Below, in pieces: positions 63,242 through 64,000 of a stretch of 64,000 bases of DNA. Position 1 is the stretch's first letter. Each line of letters opens with the position of its first letter. Made by a program: the position numbers and the translations under genes. This stretch comes from Neodothiora populina. Lineage: Eukaryota. Location of the stretch: positions 1,488,001 through 1,552,000 of the forward strand of contig NW_027191417.1 in assembly GCF_041146345.1 (NCBI RefSeq), given 5' to 3'. Under the pieces are notes generated by a model. That model was not told the DNA's origin and searched no databases. It worked only from the letters and a program-made list of their open reading frames with translations.

Positions 63242-64000
63242 ATGAATAGTCGCTGCTGCACTACAGCTACCCGTAATCTCACCAAGTCACTGTCATCGTC
63301 TTCGACCGTTTTCCATTCGCCTCGTCGTCATTTTGTGACCGAGAGTTTAAGATCTTTTAATACTCTTCCATACAAACATCATCCAAGCTACACAAGGACA
63401 TTCTTCACGATCAACACGAAAGCGTCAAACATGTCTTCTGCCACTTCATTCTACGACTTCAAGCCCCTCGACAGTGAGTGTTGTCTTTCTGCGCTGTATA
63501 GCGAGCACCATGCGACAGAATATGACTGACGAGCTTTTTTCGTTCCGCAGAGAAGGGACAGGCCTATGACCTGAACCAGCTCAAGGGCAAGGTTGTCCTC
63601 GTTGTCAACACCGCCTCCAAGTGCGGCTTCACTCCTCAGTTTGACGGCCTCGAGAAGCTCTACAAAGGTATGCGCTCGATGACATATCCTCCCAGCACTG
63701 CCCATCCAGACGGACGCACGTGGAGACACTGTTGACAAAGACTGACGTGCCTGCTTCATCTACAGAACTCAAGGCCGCCCACCCCAACGACGTCGAGTTC
63801 CTCGGCTTCCCCTGCAACCAGTTCGGCGGTCAAGACCCGGGCTCCAACGACACGATCCAAGAATTCTGCCAGCTGAACTACGGTGTCAGTTTCCCCGTGC
63901 TGGGCAAGACGGACGTCAACGGCGACAAGGCCGAGCCCGTGTTCGAGTGGATGAAGAAGGAACAGCCCGGCGTCATGGGCCTCAAGCGCGTCAAGTGGAA
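63242..64000 (+). CDS. HYR1: Cys-type glutathione peroxidase (Hyr1/Gpx3-like), truncated by the window end; ATGs at 63242 and 63431; introns 63474-63550, 63668-63765
   Basis: [12 protein letters not shown]...[45 protein letters not shown] and GLKRVKW. Confidence 0.94.

Noticed and set aside
63610..63630. Possible selenocysteine in GPX
   Set aside because: The active-site codon is TGC (Cys), not TGA.

Overview
Eukaryotic, intron-containing DNA from a filamentous ascomycete (Pezizomycotina-type short GT-AG introns with CTRAY branch sites; I cannot name the taxon). About 23 protein-coding genes can be modelled by hand, most of them housekeeping: mannose-6-phosphate isomerase, TFIP11/Spp382, VCX1, glycerol-3-phosphate acyltransferase, ERV41, a GH76 enzyme, a Uds1-domain protein and glutathione peroxidase. 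I found no rRNA, tRNA, CRISPR or recognisable transposon. The best candidate for an undescribed system is a compact three-gene cluster at 21.8-26.6 kb: a class II aldolase, a DenD-like (D-erythronate dehydrogenase-like) SDR and an anion:cation symporter MFS. Both of its promoters carry dense CreA-type SYGGRG sites, which suggests a glucose-repressed sugar-acid catabolic module. The transporter has an in-frame TGA just after intron 3; the same base also completes a CTGAT branch-like motif that could allow an in-frame splice bypass. Other leads: a Zn2Cys6 factor flanked by two genes whose upstream regions share an exact 11-mer, a C2H2 factor with a probable ~1.1-kb first intron and possible poison exon, an 846-nt ATG-free leader, a PTS1-like end on PMI, and dual starts on GPX. 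All family calls come from motif recognition; no database search was run.
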